A stretch of DNA of 32,000 nt, taken from NCBI GenBank assembly GCA_046536775.1, contig JAWDMD010000002.1, positions 1-32,000 of the forward strand, in the 5' to 3' direction. Each line of letters begins with the position of its first letter. Position 1 is the stretch's first letter. Below, one piece after another: positions 17,618 through 26,147 of this stretch. A program made the translations under genes and the position numbers. Source of the DNA: Candidatus Nanopusillus sp. GTDB lineage: Archaea; Nanobdellota; Nanobdellia; Nanobdellales; Nanobdellaceae. The notes under the pieces were generated by a model, which was not told the origin of the DNA, searched no databases, and worked only from the letters and a program-made list of their open reading frames with translations.

Positions 17618-18088
17618 TTATTTTATTTTTAAATTTGTTAGCGATTGATTATCTGGTCCTTTAGAATCTTTTTTAACTTGTGCAAGATATATATTTAATA
17701 ATGCAGATACTTTCATATTTATAGCTTGAGGTATTTGATTTAATAATAGATTAATCTTTTCTTTGTTATATTTTATTTCATTGTCTTTTGTTATAATTTT
17801 CATTTCTTTTATATCTTCTATATCAATTCTTGATGGTGTATAAAATAGGATAAAATCTACTAATGAATCGAAATCTTTGAAATCTGCATATATTTCTAAA
17901 TAAGAAGACCATCCATTCATAGTTTTTCCATCTGGGGTTTTTATATCTTTTGTTATAGGATCGACAATTTTTTTATCTATTATTTGGAAATTTTTGAATT
18001 TTGATACGGCCTCAAATGTTTTATTTAAAAATTCTATTAATTTATCCTTATCATTAGAAAATGCTTCAAAATATAGTTTTGACTTCAT
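17618..18088 (-). CDS. hypothetical protein
   Basis: 156-aa soluble ORF overlapping the upstream L44e gene by 4 nt. No motif recognised. Confidence 0.5.
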   Translation of the reverse strand: MKSKLYFEAFSNDKDKLIEFLNKTFEAVSKFKNFQIIDKKIVDPITKDIKTPDGKTMNGWSSYLEIYADFKDFDSLVDFILFYTPSRIDIEDIKEMKIITKDNEIKYNKEKINLLLNQIPQAINMKVSALLNIYLAQVKKDSKGPDNQSLTNLKIK

Positions 18089-18399
18089 CTTATTGCAGTT
18101 GATAGCTCTAACTTTTTGTGTCTACCCTTTATTTCCCAAATAGTTTGTTTTTTGCATACATTGCATTCTAATCTTATATCAGCCCCTTTAGATGATTTTA
18201 TATTACCCCTCTTTCTTTGTGATAAAGGTTTCTTACTATATTTTCCTTTATTTCCTATTCCCTTTTTTCCTTCTCTTGCTCTTCTAGCACCCCAAACCAA
18301 ACCAGTCCTAGCTTTTATATTTTTTACAATGATTACTTTATGTTCCGTGACTTTTCTACAATGTGGACAATATTTATTAACGGTTTTTGGTAATTTCAT
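18085..18399 (-). CDS. rpl44e: 50S ribosomal protein L44e (eL42)
   Basis: Very basic 104-aa protein with a split zinc ribbon (CPHC...CNVC). The N terminus MKLPKTVNKYCPHCRKVTEHKV is typical of L44e. Confidence 0.9.
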   Translation of the reverse strand: MKLPKTVNKYCPHCRKVTEHKVIIVKNIKARTGLVWGARRAREGKKGIGNKGKYSKKPLSQRKRGNIKSSKGADIRLECNVCKKQTIWEIKGRHKKLELSTAIR

Positions 18400-18431
18400 T
18401 AAAGATAATTATATTAAATAATTTTATAAGT

Positions 18432-19031
18432 TTAATTAACTATTTTTCCTATTCCAGTATTTTCTAATTTTTCAGCAAAGTTATTATTTAATATTATTAT
18501 ATCTCCAACTTTAAAAGGTCCATATATTTTTCCATTTGGGCCAACAATCTTTGGTAGTTGATTTTTAATAACAACAATATTCTTATCTATTTTATTTTGA
18601 TATAATGAGACATTTATATTTATATCTGAAAAGAATTTGTTAATATCTATTTCTTCTCCATTAATAATCTTGTTTTGTATATTTTCTTTATATGATTTTA
18701 ATATTTTTTTTACAAGAGAATATAATAATTTTTCTTCTTCTTCTAAAAAATCTTCTGATATTATATTTAGATCTTCTTTAACCTCTAATACCGTATTATT
18801 TATTATTTTACTAGTTCTTATATTAATTAATTCCGATAATGATTCTTTTAGTCTGTCCATTGTTGCAATAACCTCTCTATATTCTTTGCTATCAGATTTA
18901 TATGCTTCTAATTGTTTTTTATATTTTTTTAATAGTTCAGATACTTTAACATAAAAATCTTTTTGTAAATTTAGTAATGTTTTTTTCTCTTTTTCTTTTT
19001 GTAAGTAGGTAATTATATCTGATATATCCAT
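18432..19031 (-). CDS. GINS complex subunit (Gins51/Gins15-type)
   Basis: 199 aa. N-terminal helical A-domain pattern (LLNLQKDFYVKV...INIRTSKII...EEEKLLYSLV) and C-terminal small beta domain (IYGPFKVGDIIILNNNFAEKLENTGIGKIV), as in archaeal Gins51. Confidence 0.6.
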   Translation of the reverse strand: MDISDIITYLQKEKEKKTLLNLQKDFYVKVSELLKKYKKQLEAYKSDSKEYREVIATMDRLKESLSELINIRTSKIINNTVLEVKEDLNIISEDFLEEEEKLLYSLVKKILKSYKENIQNKIINGEEIDINKFFSDININVSLYQNKIDKNIVVIKNQLPKIVGPNGKIYGPFKVGDIIILNNNFAEKLENTGIGKIVN

Positions 19032-19072
19032 AATAGAATATTTTTAAATTAATTTTTAAAATAAAAGAAAGT

Positions 19073-20845
19073 ATGGATTACATTCCTTTATATATAAAAA
19101 ATTTATGTTTTAATTGTAATAAATTAATTTCTTCCTATAGACTTTCAAATGGTCTTCCTTGTGAAAATGATTTAGATGATAACGAAATATTAGAATTATT
19201 AAATATAAAGGATGAAAACACCTTTAGAGAGATTTTATACAAAAGATTATCTGAAAAGGGGAAATTAAGAGATTATTCAAATATTTATAATTTATATAAA
19301 GAAGTTAATAAATTTTCTGAATTCTTTAAAAAAATATTGAATTCTAATCCGTGGAAAGTACAAATAATGTGGTTTGAGAGATTATATAAAAATAATAGTT
19401 TTTCTATGATAGCACCAACAGGTGTTGGAAAATCAACATTTATTATAGTTTCATCTATTTACTTCTCTAGTGAATATAATAAAAAAATACTAATAATATC
19501 ACCTACAAGATTGCTTGTAAAACAATTTAGTGATTTATTTGATAAATTTATAAATAGTCTAAATCTAAATATAAAGTTTATAGCATATTATGGTGGTAAT
19601 AAAAAAGAAATTAAAGAAAAAATAAAGAATGAGGAATTTAATATATTAATTATTTCAAATCAATTCTTAACTAAAAATTTTGAAATATTAAAAGGTAAAA
19701 AATTCGATATTGCTTTTGTAGATGATGTAGATTCTTTTTTTAAAGGATCAAAAAATATCGAGAAACTGTTTATTTTAATTGGTTATAGTGAGGATGATAT
19801 AAATGTTGCTAAAAAAGTAATAGATCTAAAATTGACTGGTAAATTAGACTTTAATAGTGATTTATATAAAAGATTTTTAGAAATTAAAAATAAAAACCAT
19901 GGGATAGTTGTTTTATCTTCTGCTACTGGTAGTTTAAGGGGAAAAAGAGTCGGATTATATAGAGAATTGGCAAACTTTACTATTGGAACTGGAAGTTCAA
20001 AGATTAGAAATGTTGTAGATGTATATTATTTTCCCAAGAGAGATATAAAAGAGGAATTATTGGATCTTTTAAAAGAGTTAGAAGATGGCGCATTAATATT
20101 TGTTCCGAAAGAAAAAGGAATAGAATATATGAAAGAAGTTTACGATTATCTAATATCAAATAATATAAAAGTTGGTTTAATATATTCAAAAACAAAAACA
20201 AAAGAAATTGAGAGTATATTAAATGATTTTTATGAAAGAAAAATAAATTTCCTAATTAGTATTACAGATCCATATGGAGTATTAACTAGAGGAATTAATA
20301 TGCCCGAAAGAATAAAATATGCAATATTCTTAGGAATACCAAAGATAAAAATAAATATTAAAAATCTTGAGAGAAATATAATGAATATAATTATTCTATC
20401 TAATTTAATTATACCATATATATCTGATATAGAAAAAAATAGAATAATGAAGACTCTTACAAGATTAAGAAAAAATATGAAAAAATTATCTGCAGGAGAT
20501 CTAAAATTAATTTCTGATTTTTTAAATGAAAATAAGGTGAAGTTGGTCGGATATTTAAAATCCTTTACCGATGATATATTAACATTATATAATATTTTGA
20601 AAATTTATATTGATAGGACAGAAATATTGGATAAATTAAAGGAAAATCCAGATGTTTCTATAGAAATAGATACAAATAAAAATATATATCTAAATATTGT
20701 AGATCTTAAAACATATTTACAGGCTTCCGGAAGAACTTCTAGATTATACTCTGGAGGGATATCAAAAGGATTATCTATAGTTTTTGTAGATGATCAAAAA
20801 TTATTAAAATCGCTTGATATGAAATTAAGATATTATTTACTTTAG
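19073..20845 (+). CDS. rgy: reverse gyrase, helicase-like N-terminal half only (split reverse gyrase)
   Basis: N-terminal Zn finger (CFNC...C). SF2 motifs APTGVGKST (I), VDDVD (II), SSATGS (III) and QASGRTSR (VI). The ORF stops about 45 aa after motif VI. No Toprim/topoisomerase IA domain follows on either strand in this window. Confidence 0.85.
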   Translation: MDYIPLYIKNLCFNCNKLISSYRLSNGLPCENDLDDNEILELLNIKDENTFREILYKRLSEKGKLRDYSNIYNLYKEVNKFSEFFKKILNSNPWKVQIMWFERLYKNNSFSMIAPTGVGKSTFIIVSSIYFSSEYNKKILIISPTRLLVKQFSDLFDKFINSLNLNIKFIAYYGGNKKEIKEKIKNEEFNILIISNQFLTKNFEILKGKKFDIAFVDDVDSFFKGSKNIEKLFILIGYSEDDINVAKKVIDLKLTGKLDFNSDLYKRFLEIKNKNHGIVVLSSATGSLRGKRVGLYRELANFTIGTGSSKIRNVVDVYYFPKRDIKEELLDLLKELEDGALIFVPKEKGIEYMKEVYDYLISNNIKVGLIYSKTKTKEIESILNDFYERKINFLISITDPYGVLTRGINMPERIKYAIFLGIPKIKINIKNLERNIMNIIILSNLIIPYISDIEKNRIMKTLTRLRKNMKKLSAGDLKLISDFLNENKVKLVGYLKSFTDDILTLYNILKIYIDRTEILDKLKENPDVSIEIDTNKNIYLNIVDLKTYLQASGRTSRLYSGGISKGLSIVFVDDQKLLKSLDMKLRYYLL

Positions 20846-20992
20846 TTTAACATTTATTTAACATATTTAATTAACATCTTAACACTATTTAATTAATGTT
20901 TATCTATTATTTAATATTCTATTAACAAAATGTTTTAATGTTTTAACGTCATTTAATACAACTTTAACAAAAAGTTAATATTTTATTAAACA
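20846..20992. repeat. degenerate, roughly helically phased array of TTAACA / TTAAYR motifs
   Basis: TTAACA occurs at 20847, 20858, 20871, 20879, 20922 and 20964, and TTAACG at 20943. These are interleaved with TTAAT[GA] at 20893, 20911, 20935, 20953 and 20975. That is 12 units with spacings of 8-18 bp (mean about 11.6), including an exact 21-bp series 20922/20943/20964. Confidence 0.5.
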
Positions 20993-21021
20993 AATATAAG
21001 TAGTTGGTTAATATCTTATAT

Positions 21022-23334
21022 ATGGATATATCGAATGATTATAATAAACTATTATGTAAAATAATCAGAAATAATCATAGAGGAATTGTTGTTTTATCTG
21101 GCAAAGATTATTTTGATACTCTATCTAAATTTTTAAAAATATATTATGAAAAAATTAAGAACTTTAAAGATAATATAAAGATTTTATATGTCTCTGAAGA
21201 TTTTAATGGTGATTATTTATATAGATTTCAAAAATTAAAAGAAAAGATAGATTTTTTGGATATAGAAAAAATTAAATATAAAGATTCTAAAAAAATTTTG
21301 GGAAAGACATACGATATATTAATTTTAGATATGTATAAGTCTCTAACTCCAGATTATATAGGTAGAATTATTGAAACTTTATCTGGAATTGGTATAGCAT
21401 TCTTCTTAATTAAAGATTTTGAACATTTTGAGGAAAATTATACAACTTTTCACGAGCATTTATTAACCCCTCCATATAAGCTAGAAGATGTAAAAAAATA
21501 TTTTGAACATAGATTCAAAAATAAATTAATCCAATATGATAATATAATTATATATGACATAGAGAAGGGATTAATAAAGGGAATAAATGATGAATGTGTG
21601 TTAGAAGAAGCATACCCACCGGGAAGAAAAAAGATATTATTGTCAGATAATAGAAAGTTTTCAGATAGAATATATAAATTATGCTTAACTCAAGATCAGG
21701 CAAATGTTCTTTCTCTTTTAGAAAATTTATTAAATGATGAAAAATCAATATATCTAATTATTGCAGATAGAGGAAGGGGAAAGAGTGCCTCTCTTGGTTT
21801 AGCAATTGCCGGAATTTCCGAGATATTATTAAATAGTAAAAAGGTATATGATATTGGTATAACATCACCAGAATTTAATAATGTAGAAACGTTATTTGAA
21901 TTCTTAAAGTTGGGATTAAATAGAAATAATATAAAATATAAAGAAATAAGTGAGAAAAAAATAGTAATAAACAATAAGATATACATTGAATATAGAAAAC
22001 CATCTGAAATATTTAGAAAAAAATATGATATATTATTTGTTGATGAAGCTGCAGGTATTGGTATAAATATATTATTGGATTATATCAAAAAATATGATAA
22101 AATTATATTTTCATCTACAATTCATGGATATGAAGGAGCTGGTAGATCTTTTTCTGTCAAATTTTTAAAATATCTAAATTCTCTGAAAGATTTTAAGATA
22201 TATAGATATAATATGGTTGAGCCAATTAGATATAATGAACAAGATCCAATTGAAAAATGGCTATATGATACACTATTATTAGATTCTGAATCTTCAGAAA
22301 TTAATGAGAGTGATAAAGAGTTAATAAAAAATAAAGATGTAAGATTTTATAAAATACCAATGAAAGAATGGTTTTATAATGATGATCCAAAATTAAAGAA
22401 TTTTGTTGGAATATATATATTAGCACATTATCAAAATAGACCGAATGATGTTGTAATGCTTGCTGATGCACCACATCATGATGCTTTTGTTTTAGAATTA
22501 TCAAATGGAAAGATTGTAAATGGAATACATGTTGCATATGAAGGTGGCATAGATGATGATACAATCAATAAAATGTTAAAAGATTATAAACCAAAAGGAA
22601 ATATAATACCAGATATAATAGTAAAACATTATAGAATAAAAGAATTTGCTAAATTAAAAGGATTAAGGGTTGTTAGAATTGCTACAATACCAGAAATTCA
22701 GGGGATGGGTTTGGGATCTGTATCATTGGATAAACTATGTAATTGGGCTAAAGAGAATAATTATGATTGGATAGGTTCTAGTTTTGGTATAACTTACGAA
22801 TTATTGAATTTCTGGCAAAAAAATAATTTTGCATTAGTTCATTTATCTCCAGAAAAAAACAATGTTTCTGGAGAGTATTCTGGTATAGTAATAAAACCCC
22901 TAAACGAAGAATCAGAAAAAATAGTTAAAAAGTTAAATTATGAATTTAGGTGGAGATTAATAAATCAAATATCTGATGTATATTTTGATTTATCTCCAGA
23001 ATTAATATTAAAAATGTTAGAGACTCCATATGCATTTAAACCACATTATAAATTAAATTTGACAGATAATCAGGTAGAAAGACTGGAAGGTTATTTATCC
23101 TCACCTATGACATATGAAGCTGCTGCAGATGTTGCAAAATTATTATATATCTATTATTTATTATATACAGAAAAGGATAAACCAAAAATAGATAAAGAAG
23201 AATTGTTGATAGGAAAATTTTTATTATCATGGAGTTTTGGGAAAATATCAAATTATTTTAAAATTGAGAAGTTTGGGGCTAGAAGGTTGATAAAGAAAGA
23301 TATAAAAATAATATATAATTGGCTATTTAAGTGA
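21022..23334 (+). CDS. tmcA: tRNA(Met) cytidine acetyltransferase TmcA (NAT10/Kre33 homologue)
   Basis: Helicase-type P-loop ADRGRGKSA, the HGYEGAGRSF block and GNAT motif RIATIPEIQGMGLGS. The ORF track opens at a TTG at 21004; the first ATG, at 21022, is the more likely start. Confidence 0.85.
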   Translation: MDISNDYNKLLCKIIRNNHRGIVVLSGKDYFDTLSKFLKIYYEKIKNFKDNIKILYVSEDFNGDYLYRFQKLKEKIDFLDIEKIKYKDSKKILGKTYDILILDMYKSLTPDYIGRIIETLSGIGIAFFLIKDFEHFEENYTTFHEHLLTPPYKLEDVKKYFEHRFKNKLIQYDNIIIYDIEKGLIKGINDECVLEEAYPPGRKKILLSDNRKFSDRIYKLCLTQDQANVLSLLENLLNDEKSIYLIIADRGRGKSASLGLAIAGISEILLNSKKVYDIGITSPEFNNVETLFEFLKLGLNRNNIKYKEISEKKIVINNKIYIEYRKPSEIFRKKYDILFVDEAAGIGINILLDYIKKYDKIIFSSTIHGYEGAGRSFSVKFLKYLNSLKDFKIYRYNMVEPIRYNEQDPIEKWLYDTLLLDSESSEINESDKELIKNKDVRFYKIPMKEWFYNDDPKLKNFVGIYILAHYQNRPNDVVMLADAPHHDAFVLELSNGKIVNGIHVAYEGGIDDDTINKMLKDYKPKGNIIPDIIVKHYRIKEFAKLKGLRVVRIATIPEIQGMGLGSVSLDKLCNWAKENNYDWIGSSFGITYELLNFWQKNNFALVHLSPEKNNVSGEYSGIVIKPLNEESEKIVKKLNYEFRWRLINQISDVYFDLSPELILKMLETPYAFKPHYKLNLTDNQVERLEGYLSSPMTYEAAADVAKLLYIYYLLYTEKDKPKIDKEELLIGKFLLSWSFGKISNYFKIEKFGARRLIKKDIKIIYNWLFK

Positions 23335-24678
23335 TTAACCAAATCCTCCAATTTCTTCTATTTCCAATTCTAGAAGTTTTTTAATTCTCATTTGATAAGA
23401 GGGTGGAAAGTTTTTTAGAATATCATCTGCAAACCCCATATATATTAATCTTTTAGCTTTCTTTTTATCTATACCTAAACTTTGTAAATAAAGTACCTTT
23501 TGATCATCAATTTTTTCAGTTTTTGCTTCATGATTATAATAATTTTTATTGTTGTAAATTTCCATTCTTGGTATAGATTCTGCTATTCCTTCACCTTCTA
23601 TTAAAGAATCACATTTAGATATAACTTTTGAATTTTCAGAATTATTAAATATTTTTATATCTATTCTATTTACCGCCTTTCCATTTATTGATATAGATTT
23701 TGTTACAATGTATCCTTTTGAGTTTTTTCCGTTTACTAATATTCTTCCACCAGTATCTATTACCTGATTTTCATTTGCAATTGATATTGTATAAATCTCT
23801 CCCATAGAATTTTCTTCTAAAATTAATCCTGGATATAGCATTGTTACTTCGCTTCCAAATTCAGCAGATATCCATTTAATTTTAGCATTTTTATATACTC
23901 TTGCTCTTTTTGTTACTAGATTATATATATTCCTCGACCAGTTTTGTATTGTAGCATAAGTAACTTCTGAATTTTCTTTTGCAAAAACTTCTACTACCGC
24001 AGCATGTAACGAAGATATATTATATATTGGAGCTGTACATCCTTCTATATAAGTTACCCTAGAATTTTTATCTGCTATTATTAATGTTCTTTCAAATTGT
24101 CCCAGATTTTCTGTTCCTATCCAAAAATATGCCTGTAACGGAAAATCTACCTTAACATTTTCTGGTACATAAATAAATACACCACCACTCCATACTGCTG
24201 TGTTTAATGCTGCAAATTTATTATCCCCAAAAGAGATAACTTTTCCGAAATATTCCTTTACAATTTCTGGATAATCTCTCACTGCCTGGGATAAAGGCAT
24301 AAAAACAATACCTTCTTGATCTAGATATTTTTTTATTTCCTTATATACTGAAGAAGAATCATGTTGATATAATAATCCTGATAAAAACTCTCTTTCAAAT
24401 TCTTTTTTTAATCCCAATTTTTCTATTCTATTCTTTATATCATCTGGTAGATCTTCCCAGCTCTTTGGTTTATTTTCTTTAATTATACTTCTATAGTATA
24501 TCATATTATCAAAGTCAATATTATTTATTTCAGGTCCAAAATTTGGTAAATCTAATTTATTAAAATAGTTTAATCCTCTTAATCTTATATCTGTCATCCA
24601 ATCGGGTTCATTTAATATTTCAGATATTTTTTTGATTTTTTCTTCATCCAAAGGACCTCTTATAGTTATTTCTTGCAT
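23335..24678 (-). CDS. sufB: Fe-S cluster assembly protein SufB
   Basis: 447 aa. N-terminal EPDWMTDIRLRGLNYF block followed by a long beta-helix region and the C-terminal LIYMGFADDIL block, typical of SufB/SufD. Its stop codon directly abuts the tmcA stop. No sufC is adjacent. Confidence 0.85.
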   Translation of the reverse strand: MQEITIRGPLDEEKIKKISEILNEPDWMTDIRLRGLNYFNKLDLPNFGPEINNIDFDNMIYYRSIIKENKPKSWEDLPDDIKNRIEKLGLKKEFEREFLSGLLYQHDSSSVYKEIKKYLDQEGIVFMPLSQAVRDYPEIVKEYFGKVISFGDNKFAALNTAVWSGGVFIYVPENVKVDFPLQAYFWIGTENLGQFERTLIIADKNSRVTYIEGCTAPIYNISSLHAAVVEVFAKENSEVTYATIQNWSRNIYNLVTKRARVYKNAKIKWISAEFGSEVTMLYPGLILEENSMGEIYTISIANENQVIDTGGRILVNGKNSKGYIVTKSISINGKAVNRIDIKIFNNSENSKVISKCDSLIEGEGIAESIPRMEIYNNKNYYNHEAKTEKIDDQKVLYLQSLGIDKKKAKRLIYMGFADDILKNFPPSYQMRIKKLLELEIEEIGGFG

Positions 24679-24772
24679 ATTATCTATATATACATTATAT
24701 TTTTAAATTCATAACATTGTTATAAAATTTAAACAAAATTTATATAATATTATTTACAAGTAAAATAAATAC

Positions 24773-24847
24773 GCCCCTGTCGTCTAGTCTGGTCTAGGAT
24801 ATAGGGTTTTCGTCCCTATGACCCGGGTTCAAATCCCGGCGGGGGCA
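24773..24847 (+). tRNA. tRNA-Glu (anticodon UUC)
   Basis: 75-nt cloverleaf. Acceptor GCCCCTG/CGGGGGC with a U6-G67 wobble pair. Anticodon stem TAGGG/CCCTA, loop TTTTCGT. T arm CCGGG-TTCAAAT-CCCGG. CCA not encoded. Confidence 0.9.
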
Positions 24848-24904
24848 AAAATTAACATTATTGATTAGCAAATTCCTATAAATAAGAAGAGTGTTTAATA
24901 AGGT

Positions 24905-25498
24905 ATGAAAGGTCAAGGAGGATCTGGTTTTTCAGCAATGGTATTATTTATAGCAGCAGCATTGACAGCAGCAATAGCAGCATTAGTAATCATTGGAGCA
25001 ACAACTAGTGCACAAGGACATGCAGCAGCTGCAGCACAACAAACAGTACAAACATCTGGTACAACTGTAGAAGTTGTAAGGGTAGAAGGTATAAACGTTA
25101 ATACAACAGCACAAACAGTACAAGAGTTCTTAGTATATACAAGATTAGCACCAGGATCACAGCCAATATTATTCAATCAAACAGCAGTAATATTCTATTC
25201 TCCAGCTGGTAGAGAAATATTTGCATATGGAGGGGCTGTAGCAAATTCTTCATTAGTAACAGGATATACAGGATATTATTATATTGATCAACATGATTCA
25301 GTAGATAATTCAGGATTATTATACAATGGAGTATTAGGACCAAATGATTTAGCAGCATTATTAGTATATGCTAATGTATCATTAGCAACATCACAAACAT
25401 GGGAGTTCTCTATAATACCACCAAATGGACAACCATATGATTTATCTGGTGTAACACCGGCAGCAATGATATATCCAACAGTAATATTATATGGCTAA
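24905..25498 (+). CDS. archaellin (archaeal flagellin, FlaB-type) with class III signal peptide
   Basis: MKGQ-GGSGFSAMVLFIAAALTAAIAALVIIG is a short basic leader with a KG/Q cleavage-type motif, followed by the hydrophobic archaellin N-domain. The downstream block LVYTRLAPGSQPILFNQT matches the conserved archaellin 'aGS.pi.l' region. Confidence 0.75.
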   Translation: MKGQGGSGFSAMVLFIAAALTAAIAALVIIGATTSAQGHAAAAAQQTVQTSGTTVEVVRVEGINVNTTAQTVQEFLVYTRLAPGSQPILFNQTAVIFYSPAGREIFAYGGAVANSSLVTGYTGYYYIDQHDSVDNSGLLYNGVLGPNDLAALLVYANVSLATSQTWEFSIIPPNGQPYDLSGVTPAAMIYPTVILYG

Positions 25499-26108
25499 AA
25501 TGAAAGGACAAGCCTTTCAATCACTTTTTTTATTTATATTTTTGGTTGCATTAGCTGCAATAAGTACATATATAATTGTTGATGTTTATTTAAAAAGTGC
25601 TGGATATTCAATTACAAAATTGCAATTAAATCAACAACAATCTGCAGTACCACAATTTACAATTCATGATATTGAATATTCTGAATTTGGAAGTGTAGCA
25701 ACAATTTCATTTACATTATATAATTTGGGACCAACAAATATACCATTAAATGGATGGTTTATTGACTTTACAACCCCAGATGGTGATGTAGTATGTACAA
25801 CTCCAGTATTTGAAAGTGTAGCTGATGCTGCAAATATTGGTATATCAGAATCTGTATATGATGCAACATATAATGAAACATTAAGTTATGGACAAGCGAT
25901 ACCAGGAAATTCAATAGCAAATGTTAATTTAACAATTATTGGAGGACCATGTTTAAATTCAACAATAAACTATTCTGTAAGTAATTTACAAATGGGATTT
26001 AGAGTAATAATCCCACCAACTCAATATTATGATATAATGCAGTGTTCTGTAAATCCAGATACAGGTTATTCTTCATGTAGTACTTTAGGCTATCAATCAT
26101 ATCAATAG
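25491..26108 (+). CDS. class III signal peptide protein, archaellin/pilin-like (possibly FlaF/FlaG-type accessory)
   Basis: The likely true start is 25500 (MKGQ-AFQSLFLFIFLVALAAI), giving the same MKGQ leader as the upstream archaellin. A beta-rich domain follows. It lacks the conserved archaellin core block. Confidence 0.55.
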   Translation: MAKMKGQAFQSLFLFIFLVALAAISTYIIVDVYLKSAGYSITKLQLNQQQSAVPQFTIHDIEYSEFGSVATISFTLYNLGPTNIPLNGWFIDFTTPDGDVVCTTPVFESVADAANIGISESVYDATYNETLSYGQAIPGNSIANVNLTIIGGPCLNSTINYSVSNLQMGFRVIIPPTQYYDIMQCSVNPDTGYSSCSTLGYQSYQ

Positions 26109-26147
26109 ATTTTTGATCTTTAAAATTTTATTTTTAAATAATTCTTA

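Noticed and set aside
18116-18421. 101-aa plus-strand ORF
   Set aside because: It is completely antisense to the clearly recognisable L44e gene. Its translation is featureless and hydrophobic.
20846-21021. CRISPR array or mobile-element terminal repeats as an explanation for the repetitive spacer
   Set aside because: The units are about 8-18 bp degenerate TTAAYR words without the 25-40-nt repeat/spacer alternation of CRISPR. No cas, transposase or integrase gene and no flanking inverted repeats occur in the window.
24913-25176. 87-aa minus-strand ORF over the first archaellin gene (also 25173..25358)
   Set aside because: It is antisense to the Ala-rich (GCA-repeat) archaellin N terminus, which automatically yields an open C/A-rich reverse frame. 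The plus-strand product has a canonical class III leader.
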